A DNA stretch of 63,532 nt, the filler included, from Octopus bimaculoides (Eukaryota): assembly GCF_001194135.2 (NCBI RefSeq). It is 4 parts of 4 records of this genome, joined end to end, with 100 filler letters (N's around TTAATTAATTAA, not from the genome) between each part and the next. Parts side by side here need not be neighbours in the genome. Positions count along the whole stretch, not along the records: positions 1 to 20,488 come from NC_068985.1; positions 20,589 to 33,144 come from NC_069005.1; 2 more parts are not named here. The stretch is one strand, 5' to 3'. Under the pieces are notes generated by a model, which saw nothing but the letters and a program-made list of their open reading frames with translations, did not search any database and had not been told where the DNA came from. Shown piece after piece: positions 14,218-26,881 of this stretch; within the stretch, counting starts at the first letter, position 1, and every line of letters starts with the position of its first letter. A program made the translations under genes and the position numbers.

Positions 14218-14281
14218 ATGTATGTATGTATGTATGTATGTATGTATGTATGTATGTATGTATGTATGTATGTATGTATGC
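14218..14281. repeat. (TATG)n microsatellite
   Basis: Direct reading. Confidence 0.97.
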
Positions 14282-14498
14282 ATGATGCATGTATGTATGG
14301 ATGGATGGATGTATGTATAGTTCAAATTTACAGAAAACAAAAGACGAAGAGAAGTGAAGGTCAACAAGCAGGTATATTAGTTTAACGCTCGGAAAGAATA
14401 GAAACGTCTTTTTGGCTCCGAACCTACGCTCCTCGACAGAAAATATTAAGAAAAAAAATGACGGAGAGAGAAAAAAAGTAGGGATAACGGTTCATTAT

Positions 14499-14532
<34 letters not shown>

Positions 14533-14681
14533 TGTATGTACGTATGTATGTATGGGTTGGATGTGGTGCTGATAAAAGGGCAATATTTTTAACGGCGGTG
14601 CTCCAGTATGGCCGCAGCTCTCGAGCTGAATCTATCAAAGAAAAAATATATACCTTTTATCTTTTATGGTTTATCTTTTAG

Positions 14682-15114
14682 CTTTTACTTCTTTCGATCA
14701 TCAAACAGAGGCTATGTTGGGGTATTGCCTTGAAGAACTTCAGTTGAATGAATCGAACTAAGTACTTATTTTAAATATTTTGAATCTGTAGTGTATTTCA
14801 TCGGTTATATTGGCGAACGGCTAAGTTATGGGGACGTAAGCACTCCAACACCGGTGGTCATGCGATGGGGTGACAAACACTGACGCAAAGACATACACGC
14901 ATACATATATATATATATATAGTGAGAGAGAGAGAGAGGAAGGAGAGGGAGAAAAATAGAGGCTTCTTTCAATTTCCGTCTACCAATTCCAATCACAAGG
15001 CCTTGGTGTGTCCGAGGCTATAGGGGAAGACGCATTCTCAAGGTGTCATGCGGTAAGACTGAATTAGGAAACATGTGGATGTGAAGCAAGCTTCTTACCA
15101 CACTGCTACACCTG
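14682..15114 (-). mobile_element. Same SINE family, diverged copy
   Basis: Reverse complement aligns with 19077-19544. Confidence 0.8.
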
Positions 15115-15239
15115 CACGTATACACACACACACACANNNNNNNNNNNNNNNNNNNNNNNNNNNNNNNNNNNNNNNNNNNNNNNNNNNNNNNNNNNNNNNN
15201 NNNNNNNNNNNNNNNNNNNNNNNNNNNNNNNNNNNNNNN

Positions 15240-15280
<41 letters not shown>

Positions 15281-17185
15281 GAGAGAGAGTTAAACTGTAG
15301 TTACACAGGTCCTACCCATCCATTCTTGAGTGAGGACGAGGTTTGCAATAGCTTAGAATTCAAGGGCCAACAACTATTTATTATTTTGCCAACAGACTAC
15401 ATTGAATAGGGATATATATTTTCAAGAAACAACTTCACGTTCTGTTGTCCAAGTTCCCAGATAAACCTACGTTACGACAAGAAATTCAAAGGTGAACATA
15501 AATGTTTTCTTCCAGCATTATGATCACACACTTGGGCTAAATGCATAACAGAATGATATGCACACATATGTGTGTGGGGGTGTTTATGCGTATAAATGTA
15601 TATACGTATATGTGTAACTGTATGTGTATGTGTATCCAAATTGAAGTACTCGTGGAGGTAAAATTCGGGTCACATATGTTTCCTAGCTGGCAGATTTTTG
15701 AAAGTTATAATTACTCAAGAAGGGGTACTCCACTAGATAATCATCAGGCCGAAGATACCTTAGTTAAATGAAGGTTACTATCTCGTCAAAGGATCCCAAA
15801 TTGACTCTTGCGAGGTTTGATCGAAGAAGAACATGTATGAAGAAACTTAGGAATGGGCATATGTCTAATGTTGTTAAGAAAAAGAATAAGAAAAGCTGAC
15901 TAGTAAAAGTCATTGTGAATATAAGGCTGGAGTCATTTACTATGTCAATAGTAAATATATTGTTGCGCCCGTAAATAAACAGAGTCAAGGAAAATAAGAG
16001 GGAAGAATATTAGAGGTAAAATTGTCAGGAGAAGAGGAAGGGAAAATTTAGGAGTAGAATTAAGATGAATTTGTTAGAAGAGAGAGAGTAGTACCACATT
16101 ATTCACTCACTCTCACGCGCAAATGTACACATTATATTGAAATTGCTAATAATGAAAGACAAGGGAACTGCGACAATATAACGAGAAGGAACACCAAGCA
16201 ATGCCATATTGTTTGCTGAAAGTAGGTTCAGACATGACAACGCAAAAGTGTAAACAAAGAGAAAGCTCTACCTAAAGTTTTGAATACTATTATTGATGCA
16301 TGCCAAGTTTAGAGTAGTTGAATGAACTCGTGTTCTCAGCTATATTTTAACAAGGAAGGAAAACACTGAAATAACGGTACGGTGTGTCGTGTCAAAATCT
16401 TTCTTTGTCATGGAGTTTGAAATCCATTTCAAAGGCAATGAGGATTAAACCCACGATGAAAGGGCGTAAAATAACTAGAAATTGAGGAATCGTACAAGAT
16501 AAGAAACAGCTGGGTAAGCTGAGAGTCAACCCACAAGTTATGAGAAATAAAGCAAGCTGCAGTCACGTTATATAGAATTCTTAGGTATGACTTGATAGAT
16601 TTATCTTTTCTGTGTTAACAGATCGAGTAGCCACCCACTAGATATTTACACTATGGTCCGTGTGTCCGTTTCAGATTACAAGAATTTGCAAAGGAAACGC
16701 ATATTCTTATTTTAACAGTGAAATAAAAAATTTCAGATAGATTAGTAGAAATCTGTGTATTTTAGAGATATCTTAGTCTACTATAAATCTTAGAGCATTG
16801 TTTTTATAAATTTTCTACACATACCAACTTTTGTAAATTATCGATATACTAACACAATGTCTATGTTGTATATCATAATGGAGTGAAGCGTTGGATCAAT
16901 AATTTCTTTCGGGCACTTGGTATTTAAAGCTGAATTTTCTAAGTTTAACGATTGAAGTGTCAGTATTTATTATTCAATGTCTATCGATTAATGTCAAAAT
17001 CGAATAAATGAAAGAAAATCATTATAGTAAACATTTTCTATGGAAATAGAATTCTTAATTACAACAACACTGAAAATTTGGACGATATTAAACAGTTCTA
17101 ACATATTTTGATGCAAACATTGCAATCGGTCAGTTAAAATGATATCAATAACTGGTATTGCTATATTATTCTGTTATTCGTTTAT

Positions 17186-17592
17186 TCTTTTATTTGTTTC
17201 AGTCATTTGACTGCAGCCATGCACCCCAGGACTTATTCTTTTTAAGCCTAGTATTTATTCTATCGATCACTTTTGCCGAACCACTAGCTACAGGGACACA
17301 CCAGCATCAGTTGTAAGCACACCAGCATCAGTTGTAAGCACACCAGCATCAGTTGTAAGCACACCAGCATCAGTTGTCAAGCGATGTTAGGGGGGGGGGA
17401 CAAACAGATACACAGACATACACACACATACATACATACATACATATGCATATACATATACGACGGGCTTCTTTCAGTTTCCGTCTGCCAAATCCCTTCA
17501 CAAGGCTTTAGTCGGCTCGAGGCTATAGTAGAAGACACTTGCCCAAGGTGCCACGCAACCATGTGGTTGGTAAGCAAGCTACTTACCACATG
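17186..17592 (-). mobile_element. Same SINE family; contains a 4x 21-bp tandem expansion (17299-17382)
   Basis: Reverse complement aligns with the SINE consensus; unit caccagcatcagttgtaagca. Confidence 0.85.
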
Positions 17593-17768
17593 ATTCTAAA
17601 TATACATACATATATACATACACATATGTTATATGTATCTATATATCTTATATATGTATGTGTGTGTGTGTTTATTTGTGTGTGCGCTTGTGCGTTTTGT
17701 GTGTATGTATAAGTGTGTGCGTGTCTTCGATCCATTATAATTAAAATTTTCTAATAAATAAAATATAT

Positions 17769-17920
17769 ACATTATTTACATTATTTTTATTTGACGGATA
17801 TTTGTCCTCATCTTGTTAGTTGTTAACACAAAGTTTCAGCTGATATACCCTCCAGCTTTCATTAGGTGTCTTGGGGGAAATTTTGAACCTGGTTTCTCAT
17901 TCCCAAGGTATTTTTGATGC

Positions 17921-17965
<45 letters not shown>

Positions 17966-18059
17966 AGTCACTGCCTGGAATCGAATTCGGAATCTTGGGG
18001 TTAGTAGACTGCGCTCTTAACCACTACACCATAGCCCGCGCTCTTAACCACTACGCCAT
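17769..18059 (-). mobile_element. tRNA-headed SINE-like repeat (A box, B box, (AAT)n) containing a hammerhead-like motif; copy A
   Basis: Minus strand: TGGCGTAGTGG (A box, head tandemly duplicated) and GAATTCGATTC (B-box-like), then (AAT)n, then a segment shared with 59146-59331. Confidence 0.75.
17825..17870 (-). ncRNA. Minimal type I hammerhead-ribozyme-like motif (degenerate core)
   Basis: GACAC-CTAATGA-A-AGCTG-gagggtatat-CAGCT-GAAAC-TTT-GTGTT. Stems I and II pair; G5 is replaced by A. Confidence 0.5.
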
Positions 18060-18928
18060 GTACTTACATATAGAATGTATATTCGTAATGTGCATGCGGC
18101 ACCGGTATGTATAGTGTAAGTCAATACGTATGTGTGCGCGTGTATGTGAGGGTGTGCATGCAGGTGCTTGTTACGGTGCGATTCCTGGCGGTGTGAAATG
18201 GATTACAAATATAGATTGAGATACAAGTAGATTTTCATACTCTTATCGTATAGAATAGTTGACCTAACCATACACACAACTAAACACCCAACAAAACACA
18301 CACACACACACGCACACAAACAAAGGCACAGAATATATACTACCTATCTATGTCTATCTACCAAAATAGAACTTAGAAACATTAGGGACTTTCAGACACG
18401 CAATATATTCTGGATTGCATCATTGTGTATGCCCAGCAATGTTGATACATACGGCTTATGTAGCATTTTATAATTATAGGCTCATGTTATACCGGCAGCC
18501 TTCTCCTTCACATTTCGAGTAAATTGTTACAGAATCCACTTTAGTAAAATATTTGTAAAATGTTCTAAGACGTAAGGGGATTATTTAGACAGATGTTGAC
18601 TGTTGTTGCTAGGTACAGATCGCTGATCAAATATGTTCCCTTCATAGACAGCCCACTGTTTGTATGTATACTATGTAGGATTACATTATTCAGTGTACTT
18701 TCATTTCCTAAGGGAGTGTCATATCGTTTGCTACAGATTTGCTTGTCGGCTGCTATCGGTCCAATGACTACTTAAAGACAGGGAAGCAAAGCATTTGGCG
18801 TCACTTGTCCTCTAGCCGCATTGAATAAACAATTTCAACACCTCAAGCCGTAGTTTTAGTGGTAAATATATCGAAGCGCTCATTGAGCATACTTATTAAT
18901 ATACGTCAATCCACGTATACTAGTTGCA

Positions 18929-18964
<36 letters not shown>

Positions 18965-19076
18965 TCGACGTAAGCGATGTTTGTCATCATTTGTTCAATA
19001 GCATAAAAAAAATATTGCTATCCTCTCTAAAAGAAAGGAAGAAATTAGATTTCTTTATTGAGATATTATGAACACA

Positions 19077-19276
19077 GGCGTAGGAGTGGCTGTGTGGTAA
19101 GTAGCTTGCTTACCAACCACATGGTTCTGGGTTCCGTCACCTTGGGCAAGTGTCTTCTACTATATCCTCGGGCCGACCAAAGCCTTGTGAGTGAATTTGG
19201 TAGACGGAAACTGGAAGAAGCCCATCGTNNNNNNNNNNNNNNNNNNNNNNNNNNNNNNNNNNNNNNNNNNNNNNNN

Positions 19277-19307
<31 letters not shown>

Positions 19308-19544
19308 TACATATATATATGTATGTATGTATGTATGTGTGTGTTGTTGTTTGTGTCTGTGTTTTGCCCTCCAACATCGTTTGACAACCGAAGCTGGCGT
19401 GTTTACGTCTCCGTAACTTAGTGGTTCGGCAAAAGAGACCGATAGAATAAGTACTAGGCAAAGTATAAGTCTTGGGGTCGATTTGCTCGACTAAAGGCGG
19501 TGCTCCAGCATGGTCACAGTCAAATGACTGAAACAAGTAAAAGA
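19077..19544 (+). mobile_element. tRNA-derived SINE (CORE-like centre, internal microsatellite), near full length
   Basis: GGCGTAGGAGTGGCTGTGTGGTAAG head, caccttgggcaagtgtctt CORE-like segment, (TA)n, tail ending gactgaaacaagtaaaaga. Many homologous copies in the window. Confidence 0.88.
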
Positions 19545-20447
19545 TTGTAAAAGAGAGAGTTACTTCAGGTTTGTCGGTATATTTCTTCTGCCTTTGTAAT
19601 TAAAGGCGGGGTTGCTTTCCACTGCATTATCGAAATAAATGTGAGGAATTAAGTTCCATTATTATAGACAAGTTAAGGTCGATTTTAATTGTGTTATGTA
19701 CCCGTTGCTCATAGGTTGGCAAAGGTTTTAGATACAGTGATTAGATCCAATTCATTCGTTGTTCAAATGATATCGTTATCACAAAATCTATTCGCACTAA
19801 GGTGGAATCTTAGTTGAGAGTGACTTCATCTATTTTGATATTAAAAAAAAAATGAAATTTTGTTTTGTATTAAAATGTGTTCTAAACTGACGTATCACCG
19901 CTGTCGTATTCCCCTTTCAGACATTGAGTCAGGATGAAATGGTATAGAATCATGCCATGTCTAGCTTTAATATCTTGTTATGTTTCCTGGGAAAAGTGGA
20001 AAATCAGTGCATTACTTTGAAAGCAAGAATTCCTTAGAGTTGTTGCGTTTAAAATAAAGAATAATATTCAAGGTGGGACAGATTATGGTCTCAAATATAC
20101 ATAAATGTGTGAAAAAAGAAATTGCAAAAGAACAAATCCACAAACCGAAATTGTGATACAATCTTAGGTCTGCGAAACTAAGTGTCAGAAATTATATTAG
20201 ATTGTCACAGGAAGATAGTGTGAAGGCTTTTAGATAAGTGAGAAAATGCCACATTGTGGGATTACACCTATCTCGAAATAAGTGAAGTACAAAATGTTAA
20301 TATGAGCGCGAAACTTATGAACTTAACACCAACGTTTGGCTGTCTGCTTCACTAAATCACGTCTACCTAATATTGCGCCATAAGTATTTAAACATGTAAT
20401 TCGCACCATGCGATCTATTGCATCAAACATACATACATAATACAGAA

Positions 20448-20488
<41 letters not shown>

Positions 20489-20588
20489 NNNNNNNNNNNN
20501 NNNNNNNNNNNNNNNNNNNNNNNNNNNNNNNNTTAATTAATTAANNNNNNNNNNNNNNNNNNNNNNNNNNNNNNNNNNNNNNNNNNNN
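20489..20588. other. Artificial scaffold-join spacer (44 N + TTAATTAATTAA + 44 N)
   Basis: Identical 100-bp layout occurs three times; TTAATTAATTAA puts stops in all six frames. Confidence 0.93.
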
Positions 20589-20960
20589 TAACTTGTGACC
20601 GTGGCTCTCTGTGTGGCTGAGGGCATGTCTGAGAGGGCCATTATGAACAGTAATGGTCCCAAAACAGTGCCTTGCGGAACACCGCTCACTATTTGTGTGT
20701 CATTGGAGGTGGCCCCATTGGCTACTACCACCTGACTTCTATCCTTCAGAAAGTCATGAAGCCATTCTCCCAATTTTCCAACTATGCCGAGATCACGCAG
20801 TTTGTGACATATCATTCCATGATCAACTTTATCAAAGGCCTTTGCAAAGTCGAGATATATCACTTCCACATTTGAGTGGTTAAGTAGCTGTTTCAGCACC
20901 CAGTCATAGTGTTGTAAGAGCTGAGTCAGGCAGCTTCTTCCTGGTCGGAAACCATGTTGG
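20589..20960 (-). mobile_element. CR1/L2-clade LINE reverse transcriptase fragment (stop-free)
   Basis: QHGFRPGRSCLTQLL...YLDFAKAFDKVDH...SGVPQGTVLGPLLF; truncated at the spacer. Confidence 0.9.
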
Positions 20961-20973
20961 GTATATATATATA

Positions 20974-22226
20974 TCATCATTTAGCATCCATTGTCCATTC
21001 TGGCATGGGTTGGATGGTTTAACCAGGACTGGCAAGCTGGAAGGTTACACCAGACCCCAATCTTATTTGGCATAGTTTCTACAGCTGGATGCCCTTCCTA
21101 ACACCAACCACTCTGAGGGTGTAATGGGTGCCTTTACATGCCACCGGCACAAGTGCCAATTGTATGACACCGGTATCTTCCATGACTGCAATTTTGCTCA
21201 GCTTGATGGGTCTTCTTCTCAAGCACGACATAATGCCAAAGGTCTCGGTCATTGCCTCCATGAGGACCAACACTTGAATGGAGCTTTTCACATGCCACTG
21301 GCATCAGCCACTGGCATCAGCCACTGGCATCAGCCACTGGCATCAGCCACTGGCATCAGCCACTGGCATCAGCCACTGGCATCAGCCACTGGCATCAGCG
21401 ACCTTGTCTCCATGAGGCCTAATACTTGAAAGGTGCTTTTAACGTGTCACCGGCAGGGGTGCCAGTTACGTGACACCAGCATCGGCCACAACTATGATTT
21501 CACTTGGTTTGACGGGTCTTCTCAAGCACAGCATATCATCAAAGGTCTCGGGCACTAGCCATTGCCTGTGAGGCCCAAAGTTCAAAGCTCATGCTTCATC
21601 ACATCATCCCATGTTTTCCTGGGTCTACCTTCTACCACAGGCTCCTTCCACAGTCAGAGATCAGCACTTCTTTACACAGCTGTCCTCATCCATACACATC
21701 ACATGACCAGCACACCATATCTGATGCCTCTTGTTCCCAACTTTTCTCTCAAGATGCTTACACTCTGTCAAACATGCACACTGACACTGCACATCCAGCA
21801 AAGCTTATTTGCTTCATTTCTTTCAAGCTTACACATATCCTCAGCTGTCACAGCCAATGTTTCACTGCTGTGTAGCATAGCAGTTTGCACACAGGCATCA
21901 TACAATCTGCCTTTAACTGTGGGAAAATCCCCTTAATGCCAGCAGAAGTAGGAGCTCTCTGAACTTTGTCCAGCCTATTCTTATGCTCGTGTACCCTCTG
22001 AGCATCCACCTCAACAACTAACTTGGTCACCTAGATAACAGAATCTAACAACTACCTCTAGCTTACACCCCTGGCAGCTGATGGAGTGTATTTTCTGTAC
22101 ATTTTTGGTGTTTATTGTACCTGAACATCTTCCACACACAAAAGCTATTTTCCCCACTAACCTTCCTCTGATGTTGCTGCACCTCTTATGTGTCCAAAGC
22201 ATACATCAGGTACATCTTGTGAAATT
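20974..22226 (-). mobile_element. RTE-like LINE 3' fragment (ORF2 C-terminus + 3'UTR + GAT-type tail)
   Basis: WTHKRCSNIRGRL...FVCGRC...LEVVVRFCYLGD; the 3'UTR is shared with other copies at 30606, 37290 and 55455. Confidence 0.85.
21294..21397. repeat. 8 x 13-bp minisatellite GCCACTGGCATCA inside the RTE 3'UTR
   Basis: Eight perfect units counted. Confidence 0.95.
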
Positions 22227-22908
22227 TCTCTCTCTCTCTCTCTCTCTCTGTCTGTGTGTGTTACTGTTCTTTGTTTTCAATCTACCACAAAAACATATCT
22301 GGTCAGAGAGAAATATTACCTTAATTGGAAACCGGTGAGGATTGACGACAAGAAGGGCATCCAGCTGCAGAAAATCCACCTCAACAAATTCTGTCCAATC
22401 CATGCAAACATGACAACAATGAAGGTGATGATGATTTTTCCATGCAGCTGGAAGACACCCTTCCTGTTGTCAACCCCTTTTACTTGCCTGCTATAACATG
22501 TGTGAAGGTGCATTGTTTAGTGGTTAGGGTGTTGCGTTCATGATTGTAAGATTGTGGCTTCAATTCTAAGACCGGGCAATGTCTTGTGTTCTTGGGCAAA
22601 ACACTTCATTTCACATTGCTCCACTCCACTCAGCAGGCAAAAATGACTAAATCCTGCAATGGACCAGGGTCCCATCCAGAACAGAAATTTATAGATTTAT
22701 ATGCCAGAGAGCCTGGGGAACCAGCCGGATGAGCCTTATGGCTTTTTTTTTTTTTAATAGTTATAACATGCAGGGCTGGCTGCAGTATTCCTTGGACTTC
22801 TTTCTACACAGTTACCAACTACCAGTTGTGTACCAACTCACAAGATAAACAGAAAATCAATAAACACCTCCCAGATCCAGTAAATGTCTAAAAGAGAAGT
22901 AAACTTAC

Positions 22909-22966
22909 CAATAGCAAGTCGAGTGGGTTTCTTCAAGGGAGGGGGATCTTCTGAAGCTTTCTGAAT
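22909..22966 (-). CDS. USP5: USP5/13 next internal exon (58 nt, IQKASEDPPPLKKPTRLAIG)
   Basis: Acceptor ttatttttag, GTAAGT donor, phase 0 to 1. KKPTRLAIG is the conserved USP5/USP13 motif. In frame with 24166-24291. Confidence 0.92.
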
Positions 22967-23150
22967 CTAAAAATAAAGGAACAATATTATTACAATCATT
23001 ATTACTATTATTATTATTGAGTGAGAGAAGGTACAAGTGTGACTATATGCTAACAAGTAAGAGTGCATGAGAGTAGGAGTGTATGAGAGTAGGAGTGTAT
23101 GAGAGTGTGAGCAAGTGTGTGTGTGAGTGAGAGCAGGTACGAGAGAGAGT

Positions 23151-23183
<33 letters not shown>

Positions 23184-23600
23184 CGCATGTGTGTGAGACT
23201 GTGTACAGGTGAGTGAGAGTGTGAGTGAGAGCATGTGTGAGCAAGTGAGAGTGTGTACCAACAAATCTATCCTAGTACTTATATTTTAAGTCTGGTACTT
23301 ATTCTTTCAGTCTCTTTTACTGAACTGCTAAGTTACAGGGAAGTAAACAAGCCTCACAGTTTCCATCTACTAAATTCACTCACAAGGCATTGGTCAATCC
23401 AGCACTGTAGTAGAAGATAATTGCCCAAGGTGCAGCATAATGGGACTAAACCTGAAACCCTGTGGTTACAAAGCGACATTCATAACTACAGAGGCATACC
23501 TGCACCTAAGTAAGATACGATATCATATACAAGTGGGCCATGCGCAAATGTGTAAAAGAAAGCAGGCCATTGTAAAATGAAGTTACTAATCATCATAGAC

Positions 23601-23885
23601 AAGTGGCTTTCAACCAGGCTCCATATAACCTTTGGGAGTCCATATACAATTCTGATGTTAAAATTTATCTTCAATAAATTGCTTATACTTTTACTATATA
23701 TATATATATATATATATAGTAGAAGTATAAGCAATTTATTGAAGATAAATTTTAACAACAGATTTGTATATGGGCCCACAAAGGTTATAATGGACCCTGG
23801 TTGAAAGCCACTTGTCTATGAAGGTCCAGTAGAGTAAAATAGGAATCAAAGGGACCCATAGGTAAAAAATGGTTGAGAACCACTG
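23601..23885. mobile_element. hAT (Charlie-like) MITE with 8-bp TSD TCATAGAC and an internal palindrome
   Basis: Ends are AAGTGGCTTTCAACC and GGTTGAGAACCACTG. TCATAGAC lies at 23593-23600 and 23886-23893. Confidence 0.75.
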
Positions 23886-24165
23886 TCATAGACAAACAAT
23901 TTAGCAAGGAGGTTCAAACAAGAGATGTCACCAAAGGTTTTAATTGAAGTGAAGGAATGCACATTGCTTTCCATGAAATGGTTTTAAGAATCAAGGGTAA
24001 CTAATGAGGGGACATAGGAGTGTACTGCTTAAGCTTGCACCTTAATCTGTAGAGAAACCTTACTGACATCATCAGGGAGAAATGGGGATGGGAGAGAGAG
24101 AGGGTGAGAGATCGAAAGACTGAAGGTAACATGACTGTTTCCAGTTCTCTGAATGTACAACTTAC

Positions 24166-24291
24166 TGTTTTTCTCCTCCGCTTAATATGCAAGAAAACAC
24201 CATTGCCAGTCTTTTTGAAATGTTCTTCTACGTATAGCTTGCCTAGACCCAGAAATGTATTCATACAAATGTACAAACCAGTTTCACTCTC
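24166..24291 (-). CDS. USP5: Ubiquitin carboxyl-terminal hydrolase 5/13 (isopeptidase T), internal exon (126 nt, [42 protein letters not shown])
   Basis: Long polypyrimidine tract ending in ttccag, GTAAGT donor, phase 0/0. Closely matches USP5 [36 protein letters not shown]. Confidence 0.93.
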
Positions 24292-26348
24292 CTGGAAAAA
24301 GAAAAAGAAAATAAAAACAACAAAAATAAGACAAATATTACATTCAGAAAAGAATTACTAGTGTGAAGAAGATGATTAAAATTCACTGAGATCAAAACCT
24401 TGTCAAGATAAAAAGAAACAACACACACGGATTGAAGGCTAGAGAGAAACAACATAACTCCACTATGTGTATGTGTGTGTGTGTGTATACTTATATATAT
24501 ACACACGCACACAAACAGGGGCAAGCATAGATGTATCGTAAAAAGTTTGCTTCCCAACCACATGGTTCCGTGTTCAGTCACACTATGTGACATTTCTGGG
24601 CCAGTGTCTTCTCCTATAGCCCCAGCTCAACAAAAGACTTGTTAGTGGATCAGGCAGACAGAAACTGAAAGAAGCCTGTTGCATGTGTATGTACACGCAC
24701 ACACACACATGTATGTATATGTGTGCGTGTGTGTGTGTGTATATATATACACACACACACACACACCGTAATATTAGTGCCCAGCAGTGTTGAGGCATAA
24801 GTGAAGTTTAGATTAGTTAAAAAATGTTTGTGACATATTTCAGCTGCTAAAATGCAAATTCATATATATATATATATATATANNNNNNNNNNNNNNNNNN
24901 NNNNNNNNNNNNNNNNNNNNNNNNNNNNNNNNNNNNNNNNNNNNNNNNNNNNNNNNNNNNNNNNNNNNNNNNNTTTTATCTGTTGTGTGTGCGCCTAAGA
25001 AATAGTTTATTCCAAATATGAGTAGTGGGCATAACTACAGATTTATGCCCGACCGACTTTGGATGATCATAACTTTCAGGAAAATGGATATTTTTAAATG
25101 AAAATTTCTATAAATATATGTTATATCATGTAGATTCCGAATATACAAAATGTTATGGGGAAAGTGTTTTAGGGAGGGGTGGGATGAGGAATTGTGAAAA
25201 ATTCACCAGAGTCCACTTCAATTCGTCTTAACTTTCAAGAAAATGGATATTTTTAAATGAAATTCTCTACAAATATACCTCGGACTATATAGATTCTGAG
25301 GACATAGGAATTTTGGGGGAAAACAATTGGGGGTTATTTTTGAGAAATAATAATTCTTAATCAAAATTAAAAGAATGGTGTGGACTCAAAATGTCGATAT
25401 CAGGCGTTACAACCCGTCAGTCAACCAGTTTGGTCTATATACTTTTTCTCTTAACTTTTGTTCCATTGCACCATATTTCAAGTATTTTATGTATAAATAC
25501 ATAGCTTATCACTGCTCAAACATAATTCAAACAAAATTTGATTTCGATTAAAACTAAATTAGTGAGACAGTTTGGAAGGCGCCGACTGCGACAAAAGAGC
25601 TCTGTTAAGAATATTATTCAACTACGATAGTAGTTGAATGAAAAACTGACACCAAGTGTTTGTCGTAACCATGCTACATATGTATTATATATGTTTATGT
25701 ACCATAGGACTTCGTGCTTGAGGTATCCGGCTCACGATCGTAAGGTCTTGAGTTCGAATCCCGGCAGCGCGTTCTCCTTGAGCAAGACACCTTATTTTAT
25801 GTTGCTCCAGTCCACTCAGCTGGCAAAAATGAAGAGCGCCTGAGAACTACATTAAGGGTATGTGTGTCTGTGAAGTCCTCGGCCACTTGCACGTTGATTT
25901 CAAGATCAGGCTGTTTCGTTGATCGGATCAACTGGAACCACAAAACTTTTGCAAAAGTAGTTAAGAAATTTTTAGCGAAATTAAGTGAATGTATGGAGTT
26001 AAGTGAAATTTTTGAAGTTACTTCTGTCAATATATTATGAACTTACTTTAATCAGTAATTCCGTCAAAAAACAACAAATAACAAAAAGATCACAAAACGT
26101 TGCATAAGTAAATAGGAAATTGGTAGGCAAATTTTATGAAGTGTATGGATTGAAGTGAAATTTATGAAGTTACTTCTGTCAGTAAATTATGTATAAAATT
26201 ACTTTCATCAGCAATTGTGAACTTCTTTCTGTCAGTAATTTGTACTTGATGTTTGTAAATAGCGATTGAAAACTTAGAGTGAAAAAACTAGTGTCTGAAA
26301 ACCAAAAGCGAAAACAATGGATAGTGAGTGAGATATAGAGAAGAGAGA

Positions 26349-26380
<32 letters not shown>

Positions 26381-26385
26381 TTGAT

Positions 26386-26419
<34 letters not shown>

Positions 26420-26881
26420 CTAGCTAGTTAGACAAATAAGATAGATGTAGATAGATAGATAAGATATAAACAGATAAATACAGAGAGATAGACAGAGATA
26501 TAGAGATGGATAGAGAGATATAGATAGATCACTAATATTAGAAAAGTAGAAGTAAATATTTCTAAAAACTTTCAAAGACATGAATGTAATATAAAAAGCA
26601 ATATTTTAACTTTTTCTTATGACCAATGGATGCAAGGAAGACAATTAACTTCTGAAAGTTACTCACAAAGCGTTATGCCCTTTCTCAATGTAACCCATGA
26701 ACGGGAGTTTTCTGCTTCCAAGGAGCCTGTTACTCATTATGTAAAGAATTTTAAGAGTCTAAAACCATTCCTAGAACGTAAGTAATGTATGTTCACAGTT
26801 TGGAGAAAATCAGTTGAAAAATACGGCTGTTATAATCTTTTACACACACACACACACAGAACAGGATTTATATTATAGATA

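Noticed and set aside
17299-21397. Regular short direct repeats considered as a CRISPR-like array
   Set aside because: They are head-to-tail tandem units without unique spacers, in eukaryotic retroelements.
26531-26777. ~82-codon stop-free plus-strand frame ending at GTAAGT
   Set aside because: No acceptor, no recognisable homology, and it starts directly after a microsatellite.
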